Shown piece after piece: positions 26,101 to 37,000 of a stretch of DNA of 64,000 bases (position 1 is its first letter; every line of letters starts with the position of its first letter). A model generated the notes under the pieces. The model did no database searches. It saw nothing but the letters and a program-made list of their open reading frames with translations, and was not told where the DNA came from. Where the stretch lies: NCBI GenBank assembly GCA_963924565.1, contig OZ004615.1, forward strand, positions 8,866,001-8,930,000. Reading direction: 5' to 3'. The position numbers were made by a program, and so were the translations under genes. The DNA comes from Ascidiella aspersa. Lineage: Eukaryota.

Positions 26101-29100
26101 TTGTTTTTTAAAATCTGTGTGCTTTAGTCCGTGATTGAAATATTCAAGCAACAAATCCATATAATTTACTACTTGCTTATTTTAATTAACTACAACTTTA
26201 AAACAATGAAACTATTATTAAAATTGTGTTTTATTTTGGTGTAATGCGTAGTTCATGCAATTCAATATCTCTCTAATTTTATATTACTTTAAATATCTGT
26301 TCCTGGTTGTAAGTCATTAATTGAAATCTCTACAGTAACATTTTGTTTTAAGAATCGTGTTGCCTATATAGGACAGAAATATTTTTTAAATAAATTGTTG
26401 GTGCATCTTTTGAATTTGAAAGCTCAGTAAATATTAATGCGGGAATCTTAATATGTTTTTGGTCGTTTTTAGATAAACCATCTTAAAGAGCAGTTGGCTC
26501 GAGCACAACAAGAAGAATACTCAGACGAATATGAAGACGAGTCGGACGAAACCCATGAAGATGGTGAATACTATTATTACTACAGCGATGAGGAAGAAGA
26601 ACAAGAAGAAACTAACGAAGAAGAAGAAGAAGAAGAAGAAAACGATGGTGACCAGGTAAATTCCCCTTTTTATCCTTTTTTCTTGCTTTAGGTTTTATAC
26701 AAACACTTTTCGAAGTTATTGTTAAAAAACAGGGTTTCTTAACCAGGGGTGCTCGCACTGTTCCCACGGGGGTGTGGGGATGCTGAATCAGACACACAAA
26801 ATGTATTACTCTAATTTATTTCTTTGCTCAAATAAATGTAAAACTAACTCACATTTTGGTATTGTGTTATTGTGTTATCAGTTAATTGCATAAAAAAGGG
26901 TAATTACAATGGTTTTGTTATTAAAGAAATTCTAAAAAGGGGTGCGAGAATTGGTTGGTGATTTGAAAGTGGTGCCGCAAGGAAAAAGGTTAAGAACCAC
27001 GTAAAGAGAACAAACGGGAACACATGACATAAATAACCAAAACCATTATAATAGCATTATTTTGTAAGGTTATACCCAGTTCGTGATGTTTTTTTTTTCT
27101 GTGTTTTATTTTAGGATATTTGGACTCTTTGGCCTACTAAACATATGCTTTATACCCAAAAATAACACTGACCACAAAATTGTAACATCTGGCTAGTGGG
27201 TTAGAACAGGTGTCGGCAACCTTTTTTGCACTTCGGACCGGTTTAAAACTGAAATTTTGTCACCGACCGGCCTTAAAAAACAACAGATGTTCAGTAAAGG
27301 AATTTTTTACAACTTTTTCTAATGGCAACTTTAAGCTTGTTTACCGCAAAGAGATGTTCCTATCTAGGAATTATTGAAATTAGTGAAACCCGCGGGCGGC
27401 ATCTGGGCCGCCAAGCAATTGAATTTAACCCAGCCAGCGGCTAATTTGAATAAAACTTTTGGGCCTTAACGTTTTTTCTTAAATTACACTTGTATACCAT
27501 TATTACCAATTGTTATAAGGATATTTAAAGCATTCTTTTAAAAGAAGTCACACTTTGTATATTGATGTATTTCAGATCCTATTTTTGACCAGGTCCTATA
27601 CTACACTTTCAATAGTTAGGTATGTAATATAAAAACGAAAAAATAATAATGGCAATATGAAAAAGTACGAACCCCAGACGACACCTGAAGAGTATAGAAT
27701 AGACATACGTACTAGGCTTTGCCAGCTGAAACTAATTAATATGCCTATCCTACGTTTTTTCGAAACTTTCCTGCTTAAATATCAAAATAATAAATTATTT
27801 CATTATGGGACATAGTTTATAGACATTGTTAGCATGATATTATTGCATTTTAAGGTGAGCACTCTTAAACATCAAAAACATGATATTTTAGCCCATTTTT
27901 CGATATATTGTAATTAGGCCTACTAGAATTTGGATTTTGTAATAAAAATATACAGTTTTGATATTGTGAAAGTGCTATGTAACATGTAACTCATATGGCC
28001 GCAGCACACTAGTCGTTTTGAACCCACGGGAGCTTAATACTTGTAATTTTTTAACATACCGATCAACCATGGAGTATTTTAAACCAAAGTGAATTTTTTT
28101 CAAATATAAAAATACATTTAATTCTTTTTCACTTTTTACCAGTTTTTTACGTACAGTTCGTGTTTAAACAAAATTTTAATCCGGCAACCCTGCTACGGAC
28201 AGGTAACAAACTCATCGCGGACCGGTACCACTGGGTTTGAAGATCCTGTTGCAGTGTAACATAGTCAACATTTATCACACTGAAATGTTAGTTGAATATA
28301 TATGTTTTTCTATTTTCAGAGCAATAACGATATCGACAAAGGTAGTGAAGGAGGTAAGTTAAAATATTTGCGTACCCATAATGATTAACTATTTCACGCC
28401 ACTTACAAACATTTTTTGTTAAGGTTCAAGTATTTCATTATACAATGACAGAATCTCATAAATATTAGTTGGAACAAATAAAACCAATTGCACAGTGCAG
28501 ACCAAAGTCCCAAAATAAATAAACGTGTCAAATTTGCTGGATAGGTTTTCCGAGAATCATTGTGTGTTGAGAATAATTATATTAGAAACCAGTTTTTTTT
28601 TTAGATCCTGAAACAAAATCTACCACAAGTGACGGCACGAGTAGCAACGGTTCGGGATCGTACAGCGGAGCTCCGTACTTCGTACAAACGCTCAAGAACC
28701 TCGTGGTAACGGAGGGCGAACCAGTGCGCTTCGATGCTAACATAAACGCCAATCCTCATCCAAAGGTTATCATTTAAATCAAGAAGAGTTTCAAAGTTTT
28801 ACAATCCAACTGTTCGTGTGTAATACAAAATAGACCATAAACGTAGAAAACACTCTCATGCGTTTATAACACAAAATCGATATAATCGTAAAATATACCA
28901 ACTATTTATGAACCAATTTTCTGTATTTGTGCGTTAATAAAGCCATACATTTAACGACCAGAGATTAACAAGAAATATTCACTTTAGATTATTTGTTATT
29001 CTTTGTAAATTTAGCTTAACAATTTTTCTAGTTGAAAACAAAGGCGTTTTATTTATTTATATTACCTTTTTAGGTGACTTGGTATTTTAAAAACCGCGCC

Positions 29101-30671
29101 ATTCGCAACTGTGCAGACTACCAATACATCAACAAGGGGACGCAATATTCGCTATACATGACTGAAAGTTTTGCCGACGACAGTGGCGAGTTTATGTGCA
29201 AGGCGGTCAATGACAGGGGAACTGCCACCAGCAAGGCAATACTCACAGTTGCAGGTGTGTTTTGTTGTGTTTAATTGTATTCTAACTGGCTATAGATATT
29301 CTGTAGAGGCGTAGTTCCTATACTTGAGATATTTCCTGCGATGCTGCGTAAGCACCATTTTAGTAGTGTTTGTTGCCGAACTGGCTTGAGAACGAATATT
29401 CTAGATTAGTCCTTTGTGATTTAGCGAAGTTTCCGTTTCTTATTTAATTTTGTTAGGAAATTATTGATTAATTTAAATCACCAAGAGCAAGAGCATATGT
29501 TATACCGCGAAAGGTATTATGTCTAAATTTATGAAAGGGCATGCTTATATCTAAGACATTATTTGAAATGATTTTCAAAATCAAACATATAATCCCCAAG
29601 TTGTTCAGCTTGTTTCTTTTAGCTTTACATTGATTAAGGGATAGATAATGTGTGGTTCCAAATGGTTTGGGTGCTTTATTTAAAACCACAAATATAAGGC
29701 GATTTAAAACCCAAAGGTTTATTTTGTTAAAAAAACTATATATTTGAATGGTTTGGCAGGAGACTTAAGTGAAATTTAAAATTACCTACTGAAAATTAAT
29801 AAATTTAGAAAATTCGAACTCGATTTGCGAAACATACATTAGGCTTCCTCTAGCGCAGGCCTAGATCAAATATGGCCCGCCAGCAAATATAATCCGGCTC
29901 GCGGCTAATTCCCCCCCAAATAAATTTTTCGGTATTTTTCGTTTTAAATGCTTGAATGAGAATTCTTTTCGCGCTTCGTGCGATTTTCATCTGTTGTCTT
30001 TTTTTTCTGTATATGTTTTGCGCATTTTTTCCGGCCTTTTTTCAGACAAAGGGCGTCCTCTGTCGTGTCATTCTTTAAACTAAAGTTTTACAAACCTAAT
30101 ATTCACAAATGCATTCCTGCACTTCGATCGAATGTATTCCATCGTTAACATATAAAAAGATTTCCGCCCGATTTTTAACGACTTTGCAATGTGAAGATTG
30201 GCTGTAAGTAACGCATCTGTAACTTTTTTTTTATCATTAAACAATGTGCACATATTTTATTAGAGCTTAACGCTTTATGGGCCCCTTTAATTCTAAATTG
30301 AAATTTTGCATTTTAAATCAAACAGCTGCAATTTTCTCGGGCGTCGCGCGTCACGCGTCGCCTTGTCACATTTTCTTCGACTTTAGTCGCACATTTGCGC
30401 ACAACTTCCAGCGTAATACCAAATTTTTTGGGCTAGACTTTTTTTCTAGCGTCATATTGTGTGCATTCGAGGTCCTGTTTTTAACCTGGTTCGCCACAAT
30501 ATTTTAAGTTACTTATGCGGCCCTTTGTATATTGTAATTTCCCACTCCCGCTAGCGGGTCTTTTGGCTACGTTTGTTTAAATGCTTAATTTAATTGTACT
30601 TAACCGTTCTAGCGTTTTTTTGTGTTGTTGTAAAATTAAATCTTGATTTTGCAGAGGGTGATGAAGAATAA
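11126..30671 (+). CDS. NEXN: Nexilin (F-actin-binding protein, charged repeats plus C-terminal I-set Ig domain), about 1077 aa
   Basis: 21 exons: 11126-11191, 16547-16633, 16826-16936, 17272-17364, 18688-18825, 19728-19940, 20792-20962, 21394-21666, 21716-21886, 22020-22259, 22495-22596, 22839-23000, 23582-23776, 23963-24178, 24670-24879, 25755-25964, 26473-26655, 28320-28353, 28605-28765, 29074-29254, 30655-30671; open frame of 3234 nt. Nexilin motifs YVPKLTGTVK|GKFE, PGKL repeats, MNVRSKIEAVMRAQEE..RIEE..RM..EQQEI, SGAPYF..LKN..EPVRF and DYQYI..G..YSLY..E.F.DD.GEFMCKAVN. Exon 1 (gccATGg, GTGAGT donor) and the exon 8/9 junction are the least certain parts. Confidence 0.92.
14476..14755. mobile_element. 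hAT MITE, same family as 3680-4425
   Basis: CAGTGGTCGGCAACCTAC ... GAGTTTGGTTTTGGC..AAAAAGTTTGCCGACCCTG; flanks CTGTAAAT / CTGTAATG. Confidence 0.8.
15090..16466. mobile_element. hAT MITE (3680 family, reverse orientation) interrupted by a nested element
   Basis: The start CAGGGGTAGGCAACCTTTTTTCTAGTCGCGTGCCCAAACCAAACT is a near reverse complement of the 4425 end. Degenerate right end GTTACCCCCTCTG; flanks GAGTACAC / CAGCACAC. Confidence 0.75.
15392..16424. mobile_element. Nested non-autonomous DNA transposon (hAT-like)
   Basis: TIRs CAGTATGGCAGAA / TTCTGCCAGCCTG; TSD GCGGGCTG / GCGGGCCG splits the host MITE motif. Another right end CTCTGCCAGCCTG ends at 14088. Confidence 0.82.
17385..18318. 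mobile_element. hAT (Charlie-type) MITE
   Basis: Perfect 15-bp TIR CAGTGGTTCTCAAAG / CTTTGAGAACCACTG; exact TSD CTCTAGAC. Confidence 0.95.
21136..21197. repeat. (TA)n microsatellite, interrupted
   Basis: ATATGTATATATATATATATATATATATATTGAAATATATATATAT... Confidence 0.85.
24895..25265. repeat. Direct duplication of 150 bp in nexilin intron 15
   Basis: 24895-25044 vs 25116-25265, three substitutions, about 71-bp spacer. Confidence 0.95.
26730..27001. mobile_element. Degenerate hAT MITE
   Basis: CAGGGTTTCTTAACC ... GGTTAAGAACCACG; no clean TSD. Confidence 0.65.
27207..28233. mobile_element. hAT MITE, composite, with partly deleted right TIR
   Basis: CAGGTGTCGGCAACCTTTTT start and GCGGACCGGTACCACTG end; flanks GGTTAGAA / GGTTTGAA. 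Confidence 0.7.
29856..30550. mobile_element. Degenerate hAT MITE in last nexilin intron
   Basis: CAGGCCTAGATCAAATATGGCCCGC..ATCCGGCTCGCGG start and GCGGCCC...TTCCCACTCCCG end; CTAGCG on both flanks. Confidence 0.55.
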
Positions 30672-31146
30672 ATGGCCATTGACAATTTGTTTGGCAACTT
30701 GACATCCCACTTGTATCCTGATGCGCTTCAAGAAAGAAGTTTTAAACGATAACTAAGAGAAAACACATGATATTGCCTGTTTTAAACGAAAGGTTTTCGA
30801 TCGATCAAACTGTATTATTAGCCTTATTATTTATATGGACTTGTATCATTTCATGCGTTGGTTTAAACCCGAATAACAACGTAAGTTTTTTGTACAGGTT
30901 GCATGTATTATTTTTACCCAGTTAAATATGTTTTAAACGTTTAATGTGCGCAGCGATATGGTTTATTTTAGTTTATGTGTGAGTTTTAAAACAAATATAT
31001 ACATTAACAACATGTTAGACAGCCCATTTTAAATAACGAAAAATTGGTGTATTTTTTATGAAGTACATTTATTGCAAATATTTGTTTTTTTACCAAAACT
31101 ATTTAACTCGTGCATGTTTTGTTTTGCGCTACACTAGAGAGACGAC

Positions 31147-31152
31147 AATAAA
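31147..31152 (+). terminator. Candidate polyadenylation signal of nexilin
   Basis: AATAAA about 475 nt after the stop codon, at the end of an AU-rich 3'UTR-like region. Confidence 0.5.
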
Positions 31153-31190
31153 ATCAATATATTGAAGTTGTAATATTTAGTGAGTGTAAC

Positions 31191-31340
31191 CAGGGTTTAC
31201 TAACCCCCTGAGGACTACTTATGGGTGCCGAGTTGAACAAAGGACACCCTGCTGTAAGAAAAAGTCTGCGGGCACCTTATAAGGGCATTCTGGGACTTGG
31301 TGTGACCAAACACCCAATGACACTTTGTTGGTAACCCCTG
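31191..31340. mobile_element. Short MITE remnant
   Basis: CAGGGTTTACTAAC / GTTGGTAACCCCTG imperfect TIRs, 150 bp apart; no TSD. Confidence 0.5.
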
Positions 31341-34004
31341 GCCCAAACTGTGACTAATTCTATCTGAAAATTAATTCAAATTAATCTTGTTATGTTAAAG
31401 CTTAGTAAGCTTTTTTGTAAAAGATTTTATAAAAAAACTATTTACCGCTTAGTGTCGCTGTTGATTTTGTTTGTGGTAAGTGTCAACTTGCTAAACTGAA
31501 AATGCATTAAAAAAGAACGCTGTATTCCTAGATAGACCACGTTAAAATTAAATTTTCGTTTGGGAAGCATTTAGCTCTCTAAATACCCCGTCTGTTAATG
31601 ATAACTTAAGGAAAAAGCTTCAAAAATGTTATGTAGGCTACACTTTTTTGTCAACGAAATAAATAACCAGCATATCATATAACTTCACCTTAAAGATACC
31701 AATTGCCTTATTATACACGAAACTTTGCTTAAATACTAAACTTTTGAAAACAAAATAAACACGTTTACCTTTATAAAACAAGTATAATTATCTTGAGAAC
31801 CTTGAAAAAGATATGTTGTATCTTATTGGACACAACGCAGATGTATCCGAATAGTTGCTGAGCAGTCAACTCTCGCGACAAATCTACCAATGTGAATATT
31901 GAAATTGGCCATAAAACAACCATGCTTTTACAGTGGAATTCAGGTTTAAACAGATAAAATGTCAAAAAAGACGGCCTCGTACTTCGTATATGGTGAGATA
32001 CTTCCGATTTCGATTTTAAATAATCCAATTAGTAAACCGCTTGCGTACTTGGAAGTTTACTTTGTATGTTGTCGTCTGTCCATTGTTTAACACTGGGTGA
32101 ACTAATCAAAGCGCCATCGCCAGTTTTTCCACTTGGAGTTTTGCCTCTTTGCGGGAATTGCAAAGACAATGGAAGCCTACACGCGCGATGTCATCTGCCG
32201 ATCACTCCAATGTAGATTGACGTATTACTCTGATTACATGGCGGTCATTATCTCGGAAGCGAATTCGTTTCGCCACAATTCACAGCATGAAGGTTTGCTT
32301 TCGTGGATGCTTTTCTGCGTTCGCAAGTTCCCAGCGAAACTATCGTTTTCGACTCGACTTTCATCCGAAAATAGATAGATGCGTGGAAGCGGCATACAGC
32401 AAAATAACTTTAGCAATTTGTTTTCTAACAACCACTACCCGTGCCATATTTAACGTGTATAAAGGTCAAAAACTATATGTTGTATACTAAATTCACCAAT
32501 TACATTTGTAACTTAATATTTTAGTGGCTTAATAGGTTAGTTATTTCTCACGGTCAGATATAAATATATCAATAAACTAACGCCGCCTCGGCGGTACGTT
32601 AACAGAATAAAGAAGGATTAAAATGTTGTCGTTATTTAAATAGTTGACAGCAGACGCGAATTGCCGAACTTTCGAAAATTTAACATATGTTGATGAACTG
32701 TAAACTGGCAAAAAACTATGACATAAATAAAAATGTACTGGATTCTAAACAACCAAAAGTGCCGATTTTTAGTACGAAAGCGTAATCGTTAGTAATGGTG
32801 AAGTTACTGCTAGGTACATGATGTAGTATACGTTACTCTTATAAAAGCGTTACGAAGATTTGCAACTCAAAATTGCAATCCTGCAATCCAACGTCATTCG
32901 GATTGTCCGGCCGAATTGGTTACTAGATGATTTGTCTAGATATAAAAAAGGATGCGAATCTAGATCATTATGGAAATATTTTTTGACTATTCAATTTTTT
33001 TACTATAAAATCCAAATGGAATATCAAAGCCCATTAGGATTAAGTAGCATATTTAGAACGTGACAAACAACTGTTTATTTATTTCTAACAGGGCTTTGAT
33101 ATTCGTTCTACGCATAGCTACAACCTGTAGCAATTATGCTCCAAAAGTAATTTGAAACCGTTCTCACCATCGCTCGGTTTTATCTTCAAGAGAAAACTAT
33201 TGGCGTTCAACATAGCGCTGAACTTTGCGCAAGTGCATGTGTTTTGACGATGTGTTGTGTGTGGCAGTGCTGGACGCGGACGCGGTCCCGTCGCCTTTCA
33301 AAGAACGGAGAGAAAAAAGCCGGGCCGCGAAGACGTTTCACCGCCGGCTATCCACTGCGACGGCAGCAGAGCAGGGAAGGCGACTGGAAGCAGTCTCGCG
33401 CCGCTCGCTGTGGGCTGGACGTTTTCCAGTCCTGATCGCAGGGCAAGCGCCATTTTACTCGCAGTTGTGGTGGAAGGCTCGGCTTCAGTTCGCAATCGAG
33501 TGAGGTTCATTTATTTCCAGGTTGGTCTCGGCCTCAGCCATTTTCGCCCCGACAAGCTTCTTTATAAATGTTGAGCTACGATTTACCTGAAACGTCGTAT
33601 CAGTTGCCCGGTTTGTTGCAGCGCCGACGAGTGGGAATGTTTCAAACAAAAACTAGTTTGCACTTTGCAGGGTATTGTCAGTGTAGATATTATAGACGCA
33701 GGGTGTAATGGTTTTAATGGCAGACACATCGGTAGAATTTTATCGAAGCGATAATTGCAACAGTATATTGAAAGCAAGACAGGTTGCAATGTATGATAAA
33801 TTCACAATTTGGAGAGTTTTGTCCATATGGTGTTCATATTATCTGAGTTGCATAACTGTAGTCTCTCTAATATTAAACCAAATGTTTTTTGTTCTTAAAT
33901 TAATTTTCCACAGGCTGTCCACGCGCACGCTATTTTTTTATAATCACCGAAAGTGTTTTAAAAAATAACACCTAAATTAGTGTCAGTGGCGTGCAACGGG
34001 ACCG

Positions 34005-37000
34005 ATGATCGAGCAGTACGACGGCAAGGCTCTACAGGCGGTCGCCCTAAGAAACGGCTCGCTCGTAGACGGCCTCAACCAGCAGCGCGAGTTCGGCAGC
34101 ATCCTGGAGCAAATGCACTTCGAAACTCAACAGCAATCTCATTTGCGGTTCGGCGAAGCTTCTCGGGCCAGCAGACCAGTCTGCGACAAGTTCTCGGATG
34201 AAGAGCGGCCGTGGCCCAACCTGAACGACTGCGACGATCTGAACGCCGACCTAGCACAGTCCAACGCTGTCAACACCGAGACGTGTGACTCGTCGGGCGA
34301 CGCGGCGATTTTCCAGCAGGAGTCAGATCGCTCCAACTACCAGTCGCCAGTGAAGAGCGATGATCTAGATATGTGGACGAAAACCTGCGATTTTCCTATG
34401 GAGTGCTCCGCCTTCGGGGAAGACGGAGGAGTTGCGTCGGCTCTTCCTCGGGATCAAAGTCGTGTGTCCTGTGATCCGACTGAACCAGCCTTCGCCAACC
34501 GGGCCGGTGTATGTCAAGGTTGCAAAAGGCCTATTGAGGTACCGTAGAGCTAGCAGCGTATTAGTTTACTTGTGTAAATTTCTGTTCGCAAGAACGATTT
34601 CGACTGTTGTGCTATAGGCTTCGCTTTTCCAAGATGTTTCATAACATTGTTATCAACCAACTTCAAATTTGCATGAATTTAAAGATGTGCGTTATCTAGT
34701 TGCACTCTAGCTAACGTCGAACCAAGTCTGCGAGACTTTTGGTAATTTAAAAAAATTTCTTCAAGAAAGCATGGGAATCTTAAATAAACATTATTTATTA
34801 TAAATAATGATATTAAGATATTTGCCCATTGATTTGCAGTAAATAAGAATATCTTTCAGGTGATTACGTTTTAAATATTAAACATACCTTAAAGTTGGTA
34901 ATAAATTTCCTAAAGCTATTAACTATCAGTTAATCTGTTTTTTGAAAAAATATTACGTCCTACTAATTCCTAATGTCAATCTAAACATATCCAATATCTT
35001 TCCAAAGTTTTTTAAGCTATCGCACTCCACATGCGCGATTTTTTGTTAAATTTGATTCACAAACCGATTTTTAAGAGATATGTCAAGTCTTTAAAACGAG
35101 AAACAGAGATAAAGCATGAATTCGCCCTGTTTTTAGGATCGTTACTTACTAAACATCGGCGGGCTAAGTTGGCACGAAAGCTGTGCGAGCTGTGTGATCT
35201 GCCGCGTTCAACTATCAAACTCGTGTTTTCTCGGCGAAGGTCGACGGCTCTACTGCAAAGAAGACTACGAAAGGTTGGTGAAACAATTGTTGATGCTCTA
35301 GCAGTGCACCCAAATTAATATTACAGACAAATTAAGCTAGTTCCCAGATTATAATTCAAATACAAATGTGCTGAAGATTTTTTCGTTTGTTCAAAAACAG
35401 AAGATTTAGGTAAACTGAAACCGATCGCAATTTTACTGAATAAACAAATGTAATTTTGTCTCCAATCACGGCGAAAATATGCCTGCAACCAATGTATTTC
35501 AAGTTTAACTTACATAAAATGGCGCGAGGTATAAGTACGTGGGGTCTTGTGATATCAAGTTTTAATCGACTCCAACATCGCCTTGAATTTGTCGGAGGGT
35601 GTTTACCAGCGATTCGGGCGCGGTTTTTTCATTGCTATCTTTTCGACGGATCGTCTTATCGCAATGCCCATATGCTTCGTGATGTGACGGAATTTTGCTG
35701 ACATATGCGCTTGATTGCTGTCAATCGTCGACGAAGGGCGACAATGTTTGTATTGAATTGCCCTAATCACTCCAACAAATATGTCTCTGAGTTCCGCAAG
35801 TGATGGTTCGTATAAAGGGTTGGAAAATCCCACGCGTGCATCTGCTTTGCTGTTTGCTTGAATTTCTCATTATTTCAAAAAGAAATCTGTTCCAAAATCG
35901 CTAAATATTTTCGGTTGGGTACGACAATTATTCTGCGGTAAGCAGGCTAAAATACTTTTTATAATAAATTAGTATTTTGGGGCGGTATGATAAGTTGGCT
36001 TAAAGGTTTATCTGCTGTTTATGTTTTTGCAATTATTTACGTATTTTATTAATTACTTTACGTTATGTGAAATTTAAACCATTTTGTATCCTATGCCTAA
36101 AACAACAAAAGCGCAAAATATACGTTCTCTCACTAGTAAACGGCAATTTTCGTCAGTGCCATACGCTTTGAACGCAAATGTTTTTTGCCAAAAAAAAAAA
36201 ATTGGCATAATTTTCAAAGAGATTCGCCGTCTACCAAGGGACATGCGCTCAAACGTACAGACAAGGAAGCTGCATTGATTTTCAATCACCGCTAATTTTT
36301 TTTCGCGCGCCGGCATTCGACGCCAATTAGAATGCTTATTGCGCTGGGAGTAAGGGACTTTAAACAAACAGTGACAAGTGAAGGGCGATATTGGAATTTT
36401 GCGCAATTTTCAGTTCGATCCTTGGCGTATGGCAGCGAACCAATGCAGCAGCCACGCAAAAGAAAAAAAAAGCATTAGGTTCATTCACTTACGTGAACGC
36501 ACGATCACATTTAAAGAAAACGAAGTGCGGCTTAATTCTTGGGGGTCTCTATAACATTTATAATCGTAATTTAAAAAAATATTTTCGCAATGATAGCGAA
36601 GCGTGAAAATGATTTGTTTTTTGCTCTTCTGAGCAAATGCATTGTCACGTTAAAAGGTTAAGCATAGCCGCCATCGATAAAAATCACGTCACAACAAGGC
36701 CCGGTCGAATACTTACAAATCCAATGTATGAACAAAGAACAACCGACCTACCTGACAGCGTAAAGCGATCAGGGCCGAATCTGAATAAAAGCGATTTAGG
36801 CGGTCGCCCCTGAGTTGGCTGGGACCGGGTGTTTGATCGGCTTGCTTCGCGTCGGCGGCAAGACGTCGCTTTTCGCGCCATGTGATACGCGGGATTCCGA
36901 TAAACACACTCTATTTGCCCGGGCGACGGGCAAATATTGTAATAGGGCCACTGGTCGACATGATGTTGGGCCGTTTCCGTCCGCAAGTATAACGATAACA

